Shown here: in pieces, positions 17,677-27,600 of the stretch
Position numbering within the stretch: position 1 is the stretch's first letter
How the letters are laid out: every line of letters begins with the position of its first letter
NCBI GenBank assembly: GCA_964426185.1
Contig: CAYRPF010000016.1
Span: 1-32,000, forward strand
Direction: 5' to 3'
Length of the DNA stretch: 32,000 nucleotides
DNA from: an uncultured archaeon
Lineage (GTDB): Archaea > Asgardarchaeota > Lokiarchaeia > Sigyniarchaeales > Promethearchaeaceae
Made by a program: the position numbers and the translations under genes
Notes under the pieces: generated by a model
The model's database searches: none
Told to the model about the DNA's origin: nothing
The model's input: the letters and a program-made list of their open reading frames with translations, nothing else

Positions 17677-19053
17677 TTATTCTACTAAAATTTCGCCTTC
17701 CTTTTCAATTTCGGTTGTGCAATTCGATTCAATTTTCACATTGCTTGATGAATCGTCTTCTACAATGTTTTCATAGCGTCTAAAATCAATTTTTGCAATC
17801 TGTTTTGTAAGCACAAATATCGTAATTACACTCATTGCTGTAATAGCACAAACCGAGAATAAATTACCAATTCCAAGCCAACTGGCGGCAACTGGGGCCA
17901 ATAACATCCCAACAGGACTGGCAATGGAACTTAAAGCCCGATCTAAAGCAAATACGCGCCCTTGTAACTCTTTTCGCACAGCAAGTTGGATGTAGGTGAG
18001 ATAAAAGGTGTTTATCACAGGAATGCCGAACAAGAAAACAAAACCCGCTGCAGAAACCAACCATAAGGTGCCTTTTGGTGCTAAACCTATTATAAAATAC
18101 CCTGTAAAAGCAATGTAATGCCATAGTATAAAGTGAAAGCGTTTATTTTTCCAATTCTTTTTGATTGACATCAATAATGATCCACCAATGATACCAGCTT
18201 GAATGAAAAATCCGACGATGGCAAATTGAGTTGAAGTTCCATTATGTTCATAAAGAATTAAATATGAACTTAGCACGTTGATTGGCGTGATTAGAAAATT
18301 GTTAAAAATTGCGGTTGCAATAAGTACCCATAATCCAGGTGTTTCTTTTACGGCCCGCATTCCTTCTTTTAAATCAATTAAGAAGGAAGAAACTTTTTTT
18401 TCAGCTAAAATGGCTTCTTTTGGTGAAGATTGCACTTTTGAAACATTTGGAATTGTAATGAAAAATAGTGGGATCATCGCGAAGCCAAATGTAATCACAT
18501 CTAACCACATTAGTTGCACGAGACTGAAATAATTCAATAATAATGCTCCCAATAAAGGTGCGCTCATTTGAACAAGCGTGTCTACAAGTCCTTTGATTCC
18601 ATTCAGCTGGGAAAGCTTCTCATCAGGAACCATAGTCGACACTACAGCTGATGTAACTGGATAGTGAAAACAATTACCAATATATCTAAATGCATATAAG
18701 ATCATAAAAAGAATCATATTGGAAAGTAACCAAGGTGCTAAGATAATTAATACTAAAGTAACAAAAGCTTGCGATCCATCGGCGATTATTATAAGTTTTT
18801 TACGATCATATTTATCTGCAACCACACCTGCAACAGGGCTTAGGATTATGTGGGGAAAGAATGAAATAACCATGAAAATTCCCATCAGCATTGCATTTTC
18901 AGATTGTGAAGTCAGATACCAAGTAAAAGCAAATTGAACAATAGAGCTTCCGAATAAAGATACAAGTTGACCAATCCAGAAGAAAATGTATTGGCGAAAA
19001 GTGTCAGAATTTTTGACAATTGTGGTGAGCTGTAAATTTTTTGTAGTTTCCAT
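17677..19053 (-). CDS. MFS transporter, DHA3/MefA-like efflux family
   Basis: FWIGQLVSLFGS, motif A GVVADKYDRKKL and ELQGRVF; about 12 TM segments. Confidence 0.85.
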   Translation of the reverse strand: METTKNLQLTTIVKNSDTFRQYIFFWIGQLVSLFGSSIVQFAFTWYLTSQSENAMLMGIFMVISFFPHIILSPVAGVVADKYDRKKLIIIADGSQAFVTLVLIILAPWLLSNMILFMILYAFRYIGNCFHYPVTSAVVSTMVPDEKLSQLNGIKGLVDTLVQMSAPLLGALLLNYFSLVQLMWLDVITFGFAMIPLFFITIPNVSKVQSSPKEAILAEKKVSSFLIDLKEGMRAVKETPGLWVLIATAIFNNFLITPINVLSSYLILYEHNGTSTQFAIVGFFIQAGIIGGSLLMSIKKNWKNKRFHFILWHYIAFTGYFIIGLAPKGTLWLVSAAGFVFLFGIPVINTFYLTYIQLAVRKELQGRVFALDRALSSIASPVGMLLAPVAASWLGIGNLFSVCAITAMSVITIFVLTKQIAKIDFRRYENIVEDDSSSNVKIESNCTTEIEKEGEILVE

Positions 19054-19143
19054 TTTGATGTTTCACCTTAAATGGGGAAAAAACGAATCAAAAATCCACT
19101 TCTCAATAAAATTATAGTTATATGTAAATATTTACCACATTTT

Positions 19144-19471
19144 AAAATCTTGCAGAAGATTTTGCAAATCTGCAGATATGAAGCAATAAGGATTTAAGAT
19201 TTTTCTTCCTAATATTGTGATACACACTCCAATATTTAAATGTTGTGTATTAGTGTGTAATAATAAGGTATAACCGACTTACTTTTTTGTAACAATGTAT
19301 AATTTATTAATATTTTGCTTTAATTGTAATCCGGTATTTCACTGTATTAACTCTTTGGAGTTATTAATTAACTTAATTGCCATTTAAGCAATGTATTTGA
19401 AAGGTTACAACCATAATGGCTTCAATTTTTAATTATAAAAATTAGAATTCCTTTCATTATGATACACACTC
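19144..19471. promoter_or_regulatory. repeat- and palindrome-rich divergent promoter region
   Basis: AAAATCTT-GCAG-AAGATTTT at 19144-19163; ATCTGCAGAT at 19168-19177; TGATACACACTC at 19218 and 19460; inverted AGTGTGTA at 19252-19259. Confidence 0.45.
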
Positions 19472-19579
19472 ACTCACAAGTGATCTTTTTTCAAAATTCT
19501 TTCCGAATTATAACGAAAACGGAAAACGATTATTTCAATTAAAATTTATAACTTCGTTGGATTAAATTTTCATAAGCGT

Positions 19580-20872
19580 ATGTTAACAAAGCCAATTACC
19601 ACTCGTTTTTTAATTAGCATTTCGATCCTGGCGTGGATAGGTGATTTTTGCAATTCGATACTGGATGTATTGTATATTTTCTATACGGTAGAACTCGGAT
19701 TTGCACCTGGACCAATTGGTTTAATCTCTTCTACTTACGGTATTTCCTATGTTATCGGGGCCATTATTTTCGGTAGATTAATCGATAAATTGCCTCATAA
19801 AACAAGCCTTCTGATTGCTACAGGGGGACAAGTGGTAATTTCCAGCAGTTACATATTCTTAATTATTTTTTCAACGCATCTTCCTAATATTTTGTTGTGG
19901 ATTTTAGCCGGACAGGTAATTCGTGCTTTGGTATATTCATTTTTTTGGCCCACCATCGAAATGCTATATTCAGAAATTGCTCAAGGAAACAAACGATTAC
20001 ATGAACGTTTTATCAGCATATTTTGTATTTCTTGGTCTTTGGGTGCGGCTATGGGAACTTCTTTCGCAGGAATTTTTGGGGAATGGCTCATATTGGGTGG
20101 TTTTATCAGTACAACGCTGATTTATGCAATTGGTTTTTTAATCGTATTTTTTGGAATCAACTCAAATATTAATTCTGGGGCAGATAATAGTGCAGCCGAT
20201 AATCTCTCAAACCACCATCCCAAATCATCCTTTATGCAAGATGGAGATTCAGATAAGTCGGAAAATTCTTCCTCTCGAGTGATTTGGCTGACATTGACAG
20301 GAACATTGGTGTTTGCCATTATATCCAAAGGACTTTTAGCATATGTTCCTAATTATGCCGTGATTCCTGAAGGATTGGGCTTATCGAATTTAATTTCTGG
20401 TCAAATTATTTTTGCATTTGGGATCGGTCGATTTTTGGGCTTTTTAGTGGGTCAATGGATTCCTAATTCCTTTCATAAATTGATTCAGAATATTAGTATA
20501 ATTGGAATTTTCATGATAGCAATGGCTTTTACTAAGAACTCTTGGCTTTTAGTGGGTGAACTTCTTATAGTTGGATATTTTGCAGGAAGAGTTTATTATA
20601 TTGGGTTAGAAATGCTCATGAAATATGTTTCCCATGGGAAAGGTTCAAAAGCAAGTCTTTTCGAGAGTATTGTAGGGTTGGGCACGGTATTTTCACCGTT
20701 CATTGCAGGATGGTTGGCAGAATTAAATGTAATTATTCCATTTTTCTTTTTTAGCATCATGGCGGGCTTAAGTGCTCTTTATTTAAGATTACGGGGAAAA
20801 TCATTGATTAAAAGCGAAATACACTTGAAGCAAAAGAATATTTCGAATTTTCGAGAGAAAAACAACACTTAA
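19580..20872 (+). CDS. MFS transporter
   Basis: Motif A-like FGRLIDKLPHK, about 12 TM segments, central hydrophilic loop. Confidence 0.8.
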   Translation: MLTKPITTRFLISISILAWIGDFCNSILDVLYIFYTVELGFAPGPIGLISSTYGISYVIGAIIFGRLIDKLPHKTSLLIATGGQVVISSSYIFLIIFSTHLPNILLWILAGQVIRALVYSFFWPTIEMLYSEIAQGNKRLHERFISIFCISWSLGAAMGTSFAGIFGEWLILGGFISTTLIYAIGFLIVFFGINSNINSGADNSAADNLSNHHPKSSFMQDGDSDKSENSSSRVIWLTLTGTLVFAIISKGLLAYVPNYAVIPEGLGLSNLISGQIIFAFGIGRFLGFLVGQWIPNSFHKLIQNISIIGIFMIAMAFTKNSWLLVGELLIVGYFAGRVYYIGLEMLMKYVSHGKGSKASLFESIVGLGTVFSPFIAGWLAELNVIIPFFFFSIMAGLSALYLRLRGKSLIKSEIHLKQKNISNFREKNNT

Positions 20873-20907
20873 AGCAGAAGTAATATTTTGAATTTTCGAG
20901 AGAAAAA
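20821..20907 (+). repeat. imperfect tandem duplication, 2 copies, 44-bp period
   Basis: 20821-20862 versus 20865-20907: 3 substitutions and 1 indel, sharing GAATTTTCGAGAGAAAAA. Confidence 0.85.
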
Positions 20908-20909
20908 TT

Positions 20910-21209
20910 ATGGAACTTACTCGTGAAAATGTGTTACAAGTCTTAAAACCAGTAATGCATCCTATGATTAATGCTTCTTTGCTGGATCTTGATATTATCA
21001 AAGATGTTCAAGTGAAAGATGGTGAAATACACATGGTTATGGCCATGCCATTTGCGCAAATTTATGAGAATGTAAAAAGGGTTTTAATTGAAGCTGCAAC
21101 TCAACCTTTGGCCGTATTTGATGCCAAAGTAAAAGTTAAGTTAACTATTATGGACGATGCGGCTCGAGAGCGTTTTTTGGAATTAGAAAATAAAAATTGG
21201 AAGCAGTAA
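20910..21209 (+). CDS. DUF59 / FeS_assembly_P (SufT/PaaD-like) small protein, Cys-free
   Basis: LTRENVLQVLKPVMHPMINASLLDLDIIKDV matches the DUF59 N-terminal pattern. Confidence 0.7.
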   Translation: MELTRENVLQVLKPVMHPMINASLLDLDIIKDVQVKDGEIHMVMAMPFAQIYENVKRVLIEAATQPLAVFDAKVKVKLTIMDDAARERFLELENKNWKQ

Positions 21210-21497
21210 TTGTTACCATTCATTTTCATTATTCATTTCTTACTTCTCTTTAATTATTATTCAAACGATTTAAGAATTTAATGGAAGAATAATACAATAA
21301 CGCTTCCAAAATTCTATTTCCATGCTGTAACTGTACCCCCATTAATCGATGACGGTAAGCCTCAACTGTGTTTCCATATAAATTGCCAATTGTAATCATC
21401 CAACACGAAGCTATAATTTGCTTAGTTCGATGTAATCCATAGTATCTTAGCAATTTCTTGACTGTTTTTTTCACCGAATGTAGGCGAAGACTTCACT

Positions 21498-21535
21498 TTT
21501 TTAAGATTCGAGTGAATTTTTAAGATTCGAGTGAA
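21498..21535 (+). repeat. perfect 19-bp tandem repeat, 2 copies
   Basis: TTTTTAAGATTCGAGTGAA at 21498-21516 and 21517-21535. Confidence 0.9.
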
Positions 21536-21578
21536 TTAAAAAAAAATAGAGATAAACAATGCAGAAAAATTAATCAAG

Positions 21579-21872
21579 CTATAATAATTTCTCAATTTCA
21601 TTAATCCGATTCCAAATTTTCACACCTTTCTCAGTTAAATAAATTACTTTATTATTTTCTTTATCTAATTTATAAGCGATTAAATTATGTTTTAATAAAT
21701 CACTTTTTACCCGGAAGAATATATTTGGATAAGAATTAGAATTTGTTAATCGTTTGAAGAAAAGGGATTGTTGTAATTCAAAATTTGGACATTCTGCTAA
21801 AATTTCCAAGGTTTCAGAAAAACCGCGTCGACGAAATAATTTGAAGAAATTTGTACCTGAATTGTTTGACAT
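21579..21872 (-). CDS. small winged-HTH protein (HxlR/MarR-like)
   Basis: DLLKHNLIAYKLDKENNKVIYLTEKGVKIW wing and terminal helix. Confidence 0.7.
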   Translation of the reverse strand: MSNNSGTNFFKLFRRRGFSETLEILAECPNFELQQSLFFKRLTNSNSYPNIFFRVKSDLLKHNLIAYKLDKENNKVIYLTEKGVKIWNRINEIEKLL

Positions 21873-22095
21873 TGATAATTCCTTCTTTGTATTTTTGTTA
21901 AGTATCCTCCCTTAGTAGTAATGTCAGAGAAGTTGAATATAAAAAAATCGAATCCTATTTAAAAATTTGGAAAGGTAGATTTTCTACCATCGTAGGATCA
22001 TTTCATTATTGATGGATTGAAAGATAAATACTGCCCGAAACAGAATGAGGAGAAAATTTCAAAAGGGAAGAATATTTGCATGAATATGAATACAT

Positions 22096-23481
22096 ATGGG
22101 TGAAAAAATCTCATCAACTCAAGTTGATTTTGCCATTATAGGAGCGGGAATGGCGGGTTGCAAAATTGCATATCATCTATCCCAATTTGCTTCTTGCGTC
22201 CTAATAGAACAATCCTCACCAATAAAACCCTATTTAAATGCGAAAGTTATGTGCAAACATTCTTGGAATTGGTATTCTGAATTAGATATTGGTAATTCAA
22301 GCAATTGTCAAATTTCTACTTTGTCTCATTGGAAGACAATTTATGCCAGCCGAGAACATGAAGCCATTATTGACGGTCATGAATTTCAAGAGCAATTAGG
22401 TGTGGTGTTTAATGAATATGAACTGCGAGATTGGTACTTGAGTCATGCAGACAGAAATAATTTTGAAATTTTCTGGAATCAAAAATGCATTGAGGCAAAA
22501 CGAATTTCTTCTACTCAAGTCGGTGACCAAAAGTGGAAAATAATCAGTCAATCCACCTTGCGACCAAAAGATAAAACAGATGAATCTAAAACTATAGTTT
22601 TTTTGGCTAAATGTGTGATTTTGGCAACAGGTTCCACAGAATTAGATGTTCCCAATAATATTCAAAGTGTTTTTGGGTTTGAACCGTTAAAACAGCTGCA
22701 TTCAATTAGCTACTCATTTTCGGCATCGCCTGAGATTCTCGACCAAAATTTGCCTGTACAATATATTTATCGACTTCATCCACAAGTTAGTTTGAAGGGA
22801 ATGTTGTTTTTAAACCGTACGGTAGAATTCTTTACAATAGGGTTTGTTGACGATGCGTCCTATCCCGAAATGTCCACCAAATTTCATCGTATACTTCGAA
22901 ATTATAAACCCATTCAAAGATATTTCAAAGATGTCACACCCAATCCAAACACATTAACCGATAAGGATTTTCATTATGGCACTACTTGCGTAGGGCAAAT
23001 TTCTTCTATAGTTAAAGACGGCGTTATAGCAATTGGAGATGCTGCTGGATTGCTCTACTCCATGTATTTCGAAGGAACTTTAGGAATTGGAGCTTCAACA
23101 AACATCCTTGCAGAAGAATTACAGTCAATATTGCAAAACGGAGAAAATTTCTCTTCTTTCAATTTAAAATCCTATGAGGATCGTGTAAATCGCGAAATTA
23201 GCGAGCGTTATCTTTTAGCAGGTAGAATGGCTAAAGAATTATTTTATCAATTCGGTGAGAGCCCACCATTTTCAATTTGGGATGTGTATCTTCAAAATAT
23301 CAATGATCTTTCTCAAGTTCGAAAAAATATTCATGATGCTTATGTTAATCCCAATCTGAAAGAATATCCACTTGATAATGACTTTTGGGTGGGTGAGCAG
23401 CTCTTTCATCGTCTTCCCTCCATGAAAAAGGTGGTTTTACTCCCAAAATTTCTGCAATTTAAGCTAAAATATTCCTCCTAA
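22096..23481 (+). CDS. FAD-dependent oxidoreductase, geranylgeranyl-reductase-like (divergent)
   Basis: IIGAGMAG, VILATG and AIGDAAGL...EG FAD-binding motifs. Confidence 0.7.
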   Translation: MGEKISSTQVDFAIIGAGMAGCKIAYHLSQFASCVLIEQSSPIKPYLNAKVMCKHSWNWYSELDIGNSSNCQISTLSHWKTIYASREHEAIIDGHEFQEQLGVVFNEYELRDWYLSHADRNNFEIFWNQKCIEAKRISSTQVGDQKWKIISQSTLRPKDKTDESKTIVFLAKCVILATGSTELDVPNNIQSVFGFEPLKQLHSISYSFSASPEILDQNLPVQYIYRLHPQVSLKGMLFLNRTVEFFTIGFVDDASYPEMSTKFHRILRNYKPIQRYFKDVTPNPNTLTDKDFHYGTTCVGQISSIVKDGVIAIGDAAGLLYSMYFEGTLGIGASTNILAEELQSILQNGENFSSFNLKSYEDRVNREISERYLLAGRMAKELFYQFGESPPFSIWDVYLQNINDLSQVRKNIHDAYVNPNLKEYPLDNDFWVGEQLFHRLPSMKKVVLLPKFLQFKLKYSS

Positions 23482-23662
23482 TAAATACTATTTTTTCAAA
23501 TATCACAAAAATGTAAATCATAATTTTTATCTACTTTCAGAACGAGCTATTATTACCTCTTACTTGAGTGAAAATTTAACCCCGCTTCAAGGTTTTTGCT
23601 TTTACAGATGTAAAAGTTTAATTAAAACTTGAAGTGGTGAAATTTAGTGTAGTTGATAAAAA

Positions 23663-25153
23663 ATGACCGAAGAAGGAAAAGATAGTCATCTAGTTACCGA
23701 AGAACCTATTTTTAAGCCTCGAATGTCCCCAAATAAACCTGGAAAATTGAAATATGGGCGCACTTTCTTAATCGGGCTAGCGTTTTTCTGTTCATCGTTG
23801 GCGTGGAATTATTACAATTTCATAATGCCCATACTTTTAAAAGATTACTATAAAAGCATGGGATTGATACAAGGAATTGACACTGCAATCGGAGTGGTTA
23901 TGATTTTAGATAACATTATCGCTATCGTTTTGCTGCCTATATTTGGAGCTCTATCAGATAAAACCAAATCGAAATTTGGTAAACGAATGCCTTATATCTT
24001 GATAGGTGCAAGTTCCGCAATCATTGCCTTTTCAGTAATTGGATTATTATCCCAAAATCGAGGAGTAGCCGCTTTTGTCGGATTTATTTCTGTGGTGATG
24101 TGGTTTAATTTATCCATGGCATTTTTCCGTAGTGCCAGTGTTTCATTAATGCCTGATTTGACAGATCCGGAGGTTCGTTCAACAGGAAATGCCATTATTA
24201 ATTTGATGGGTGCATTTGCTATGGTTATTGCCTTAATTGGACCAACATTAATGGGAATGATTTATGATGTTCGATGGATTTCATTTGAAAATAAGTCACG
24301 CGCTGGTGGCTTTTATTATGTAAGCATTTTGACAGCACTTGCATTAATTATTTTGTTTTTGACCATTAAAGAAACACCTACAGGTAAAAAATTCATGGAA
24401 ATAGGAGATCATCCTATCGCTGTTGATCCGATTACCTTAGAATATATCGGAGAAAATGTTGAAGAGAACAAGCAAAAAGAAACCATTTGGCAGAGTCTGA
24501 AAGCAATTTTCACTGAAAAAGAAAAAAGTGCGATCTTCATGCTTTTAGTGATTTTTACCTGGTTTTTGGGTTATAACGCCATGGATACGTATTATTCTCT
24601 CTATGCTACTCAATTATTGGGTTGGGAAGAGTCTAGTGCTTCACAAGCTTTAATGGTTGCTCCAATAACCATGATTATCACCGCGGTATTTTCGGGAAAA
24701 TTAGCTGAAAAAATTGGCCGAAAGCGAACCATCTTTATCGGTTTAATCGGATTGAGTGCAACTATTTTAGTCCTTATGTTTGTGAAAACCTTTATCTTAG
24801 TGGTTATTCTCATTGCCATCGTGGGGGTTTTCTATGGAATGATAAATATTAACACCATTGTAATTATATGGCAAATGGCTCCCGAAGGTAAATTAGGGAC
24901 ATACACTGGTGCTTACTACTTTTTCAGTCAAATGTCAGCAACAGTTGGGCCATTAGCTGCTGGAGTGACCTTTGATATCTATAAAAGCATTACAAATGCA
25001 GTTGAAGGAACTCAATATGTAATGTTATTCCCATATTTGGTGTTTTGGGAATTAGTTGCTATGGTATTTCTCAGCCGTGTAAAAAGAGGTGAGACAAAAA
25101 AGTTTTCTGAGAAGAAATTGGCCGAGTTGCGCGATAAATATGAGGAGGATTAA
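23663..25153 (+). CDS. MFS sugar transporter (GPH / maltose-sucrose-like)
   Basis: FGALSDKTKSKFGKRMPYIL, SLMPDLT...RSTGNAIINLMG and GTYTGAYYFFSQ. Confidence 0.8.
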   Translation: MTEEGKDSHLVTEEPIFKPRMSPNKPGKLKYGRTFLIGLAFFCSSLAWNYYNFIMPILLKDYYKSMGLIQGIDTAIGVVMILDNIIAIVLLPIFGALSDKTKSKFGKRMPYILIGASSAIIAFSVIGLLSQNRGVAAFVGFISVVMWFNLSMAFFRSASVSLMPDLTDPEVRSTGNAIINLMGAFAMVIALIGPTLMGMIYDVRWISFENKSRAGGFYYVSILTALALIILFLTIKETPTGKKFMEIGDHPIAVDPITLEYIGENVEENKQKETIWQSLKAIFTEKEKSAIFMLLVIFTWFLGYNAMDTYYSLYATQLLGWEESSASQALMVAPITMIITAVFSGKLAEKIGRKRTIFIGLIGLSATILVLMFVKTFILVVILIAIVGVFYGMININTIVIIWQMAPEGKLGTYTGAYYFFSQMSATVGPLAAGVTFDIYKSITNAVEGTQYVMLFPYLVFWELVAMVFLSRVKRGETKKFSEKKLAELRDKYEED

Positions 25154-25165
25154 AGGAGGGAACAA

Positions 25166-25900
25166 ATGATGAAGAAAAAAACTTATCTTACTATTGGAAT
25201 TCTGATGGTTTTTTGCATGAATGCAATTTTGATCAGTCCAATTTTTGCAGCTACAGAGTGGACTGTCGAATCTGGGGATTATTTACTGTATTCAGTCAAA
25301 ATTCAAGATGCAAGCGCAATAACTAATGAGGGAACTTTTAATCTTAGTATTGATGCAATAGATACTGTTGCAGAAACGATGCAGTATTCAATTAAACCCG
25401 ACCTATCGACTGATACAACTAATTTAGCTGCTTCTTTAGATGTATCCGATCAACAAGCCAGCGGTAACAATCTTTACCTATCTATATTTAATGTGATTGT
25501 TTTGTATGATTTACAAACATTTGCTGATTTTAAAAACCATATCGGTACGTATTTGAAGGATTTGACCAGTTCATACCTCGAACTTTATGGCGATTATCAA
25601 CATTACCGCTATGGAATAAAGCAATTGTCATATGGGTGGGAAATTAAGTGGTGGGATATGACCCAAGAAATCAGTACATATCAAAAGATTCAATACAATA
25701 AAGATGGGATTCTCACCGCTTATGAAAACAGCAGTCTTTCTGCAGACGGCAAAGAAACCGGAGTAAAACTGAGTTTACAAACATATTCTGGAGCTTCAGG
25801 CGGAATTCCTGGTTATTCGTTGCAAATTATTTCTGGAATTATGCTTTTTACATTTGCAGGTTTAATTTGGAGTAAAAAACGAAATCTCATTAAAAAATAA
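25166..25900 (+). CDS. secreted/surface protein with IPGY (Loki-CTERM-type) C-terminal anchor
   Basis: Signal peptide (KKK plus hydrophobic stretch); C-terminal GGIPGY followed by a TM helix and KKRNLIKK. Confidence 0.75.
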   Translation: MMKKKTYLTIGILMVFCMNAILISPIFAATEWTVESGDYLLYSVKIQDASAITNEGTFNLSIDAIDTVAETMQYSIKPDLSTDTTNLAASLDVSDQQASGNNLYLSIFNVIVLYDLQTFADFKNHIGTYLKDLTSSYLELYGDYQHYRYGIKQLSYGWEIKWWDMTQEISTYQKIQYNKDGILTAYENSSLSADGKETGVKLSLQTYSGASGGIPGYSLQIISGIMLFTFAGLIWSKKRNLIKK

Positions 25901-25911
25901 AATATTCATCA

Positions 25912-25948
25912 TCCCCTAAGGGGGAAAATGTTTTTTTCTTTCTTTTTC
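25912..25948 (+). terminator. short hairpin plus T-tract between convergent genes
   Basis: TCCCC-TAAG-GGGGA followed by a T-rich run. Confidence 0.4.
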
Positions 25949-26018
25949 ATTATTCATGTCGTATTATGATTTTAGGATGTTAAAAAGATGAAAAAATAAA
26001 AGAATTGAAAAAAAAATA

Positions 26019-27362
26019 TTATCTATTCTTTAATTCGACCAGCACTTTTTGTGCTGCAGTAATGATTGGATAGGTGGTTGGGGCTGAGGTTATAAGGGGA
26101 TGGGTTCCAAATTGTAAGGTAAATAATTCTGCTATGCTCATTCGCTGCTGAATCGCTACAGAAATTACATTAATCATTTCAGCAGCGCTTTTACCTCCAG
26201 AAATCACTTGACCTCCTAAAATTGTTCCACAGTTTTTTGAAAAGATTAATTTTACTTTTACATCAGAAGTATCAGCAAATTTTCCTGGATGACGGTCTTT
26301 TGAAGATGTAGTGCCAGTAACTATATTAAAACCTGCTTCTTCTGCGAGTTTTTGGGTTAATCCTGCTGTGGCAATAGTTAATCCTTGTAAATTGGTTGAA
26401 AACACACCAATTGTTCCCTTGTTTTCCCGAACTACTTGTAATCCAAATAGATTTGCTCCAGCTATCCTAGCTTCAGCACAAGCAGTAGATGCTAACATCA
26501 CCTTGCTAGGACGTCGAGTGAAGAAATCAATTTTAGCCGCACAATCTCCTACTGCAAAAATATCTTTGTCAGAAGTTCGCAAATATTCATCAACCCAAAT
26601 ACCATTTCTTTCAACCCGTAACTCAAGTTTGGTTGCAAGTTCAGTATTAGGTCTCGCTCCAATGGCACAAATAACCATGTCAGCTTCAATTTGTTCTCCT
26701 GTTTCAAGATGAACGAAATTATCATCAATTGCAGTAACCTTTTTGCCTGTTAGGAGATTAACACCAGTAGCTCTAAATTTCTCTTCAACCACATCAGAAA
26801 TTTCACGATCAAATGCCACACCTAAGATGTTTGGGAGCATTTCGATAATTGAAATCTTCTTATCTCTTTCTCGGAGTAATTCATCAGCAAATTCCATTCC
26901 AATGAAACCCGCTCCAATAATCACTATCTTTTTCGCAGATTTAGTTGCTTCATAGGCTTTTTCTAAATAGGAATTATCTTTGGAGACATAATAAACATGA
27001 GGTTTGTCGTATCCAGTTATAAATTTTGGAACAATTGGTTTTGAACCCGTTGCAAGTACAAGTTTGTCATATTTAATTTTTTCACCGCTCTTCAATTCCA
27101 TAATTTTCTTAGATTTATCGCCATCGACAACTTCATCAATGACCAGATCTATATTAAATGCTTTATAACTAGCGTCTGGCATTACGTTGTTTCCAATGCC
27201 TTTTAATTGTCCGAAGGCATAAGGAATCCCGCATGGGATCGGAACATTTGGAAAATTGCGAACAGTCATAATTTTTTTGTTCGGATTCATCTGGGCAGCA
27301 ACTACAGAGGTGATCAATGCAGCAGGACCGCCTCCAACCACTAATACATCAGTTTCTTTCAT
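26019..27362 (-). CDS. CoA-disulfide reductase / NADH oxidase-family flavoprotein
   Basis: VVGGGPAA, single redox Cys in IPCGIPY, LATGS, IIGAGFIGME, FAVGDC and a C-terminal dimerisation domain; ATG at 27362 preferred. Confidence 0.85.
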   Translation of the reverse strand: MKETDVLVVGGGPAALITSVVAAQMNPNKKIMTVRNFPNVPIPCGIPYAFGQLKGIGNNVMPDASYKAFNIDLVIDEVVDGDKSKKIMELKSGEKIKYDKLVLATGSKPIVPKFITGYDKPHVYYVSKDNSYLEKAYEATKSAKKIVIIGAGFIGMEFADELLRERDKKISIIEMLPNILGVAFDREISDVVEEKFRATGVNLLTGKKVTAIDDNFVHLETGEQIEADMVICAIGARPNTELATKLELRVERNGIWVDEYLRTSDKDIFAVGDCAAKIDFFTRRPSKVMLASTACAEARIAGANLFGLQVVRENKGTIGVFSTNLQGLTIATAGLTQKLAEEAGFNIVTGTTSSKDRHPGKFADTSDVKVKLIFSKNCGTILGGQVISGGKSAAEMINVISVAIQQRMSIAELFTLQFGTHPLITSAPTTYPIITAAQKVLVELKNR

Positions 27363-27600
27363 GATTCTCACGCTTTTTGTTAAGTATTTTTGAAAAAATA
27401 ATGAAGTAATTATACAAAAATTTATACAATCAATTTTTGTAGTTCCTCTCACCTATTAAATGTCGTGAAAGTGCAAAACAATGTTCAGAAATGATCACAA
27501 ATTTTCGCACTTCAGAGCGCAAAGTGGAATTTAAAGTTCAATTGAGAGAATAAGATCCCCACAAACTTTATTAATTACGGCATTACTTTTTTCACAAACT

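Noticed and set aside
21498-21535. Mini CRISPR array
   Set aside because: Two abutting 19-bp copies with no spacer, and no cas genes in the window
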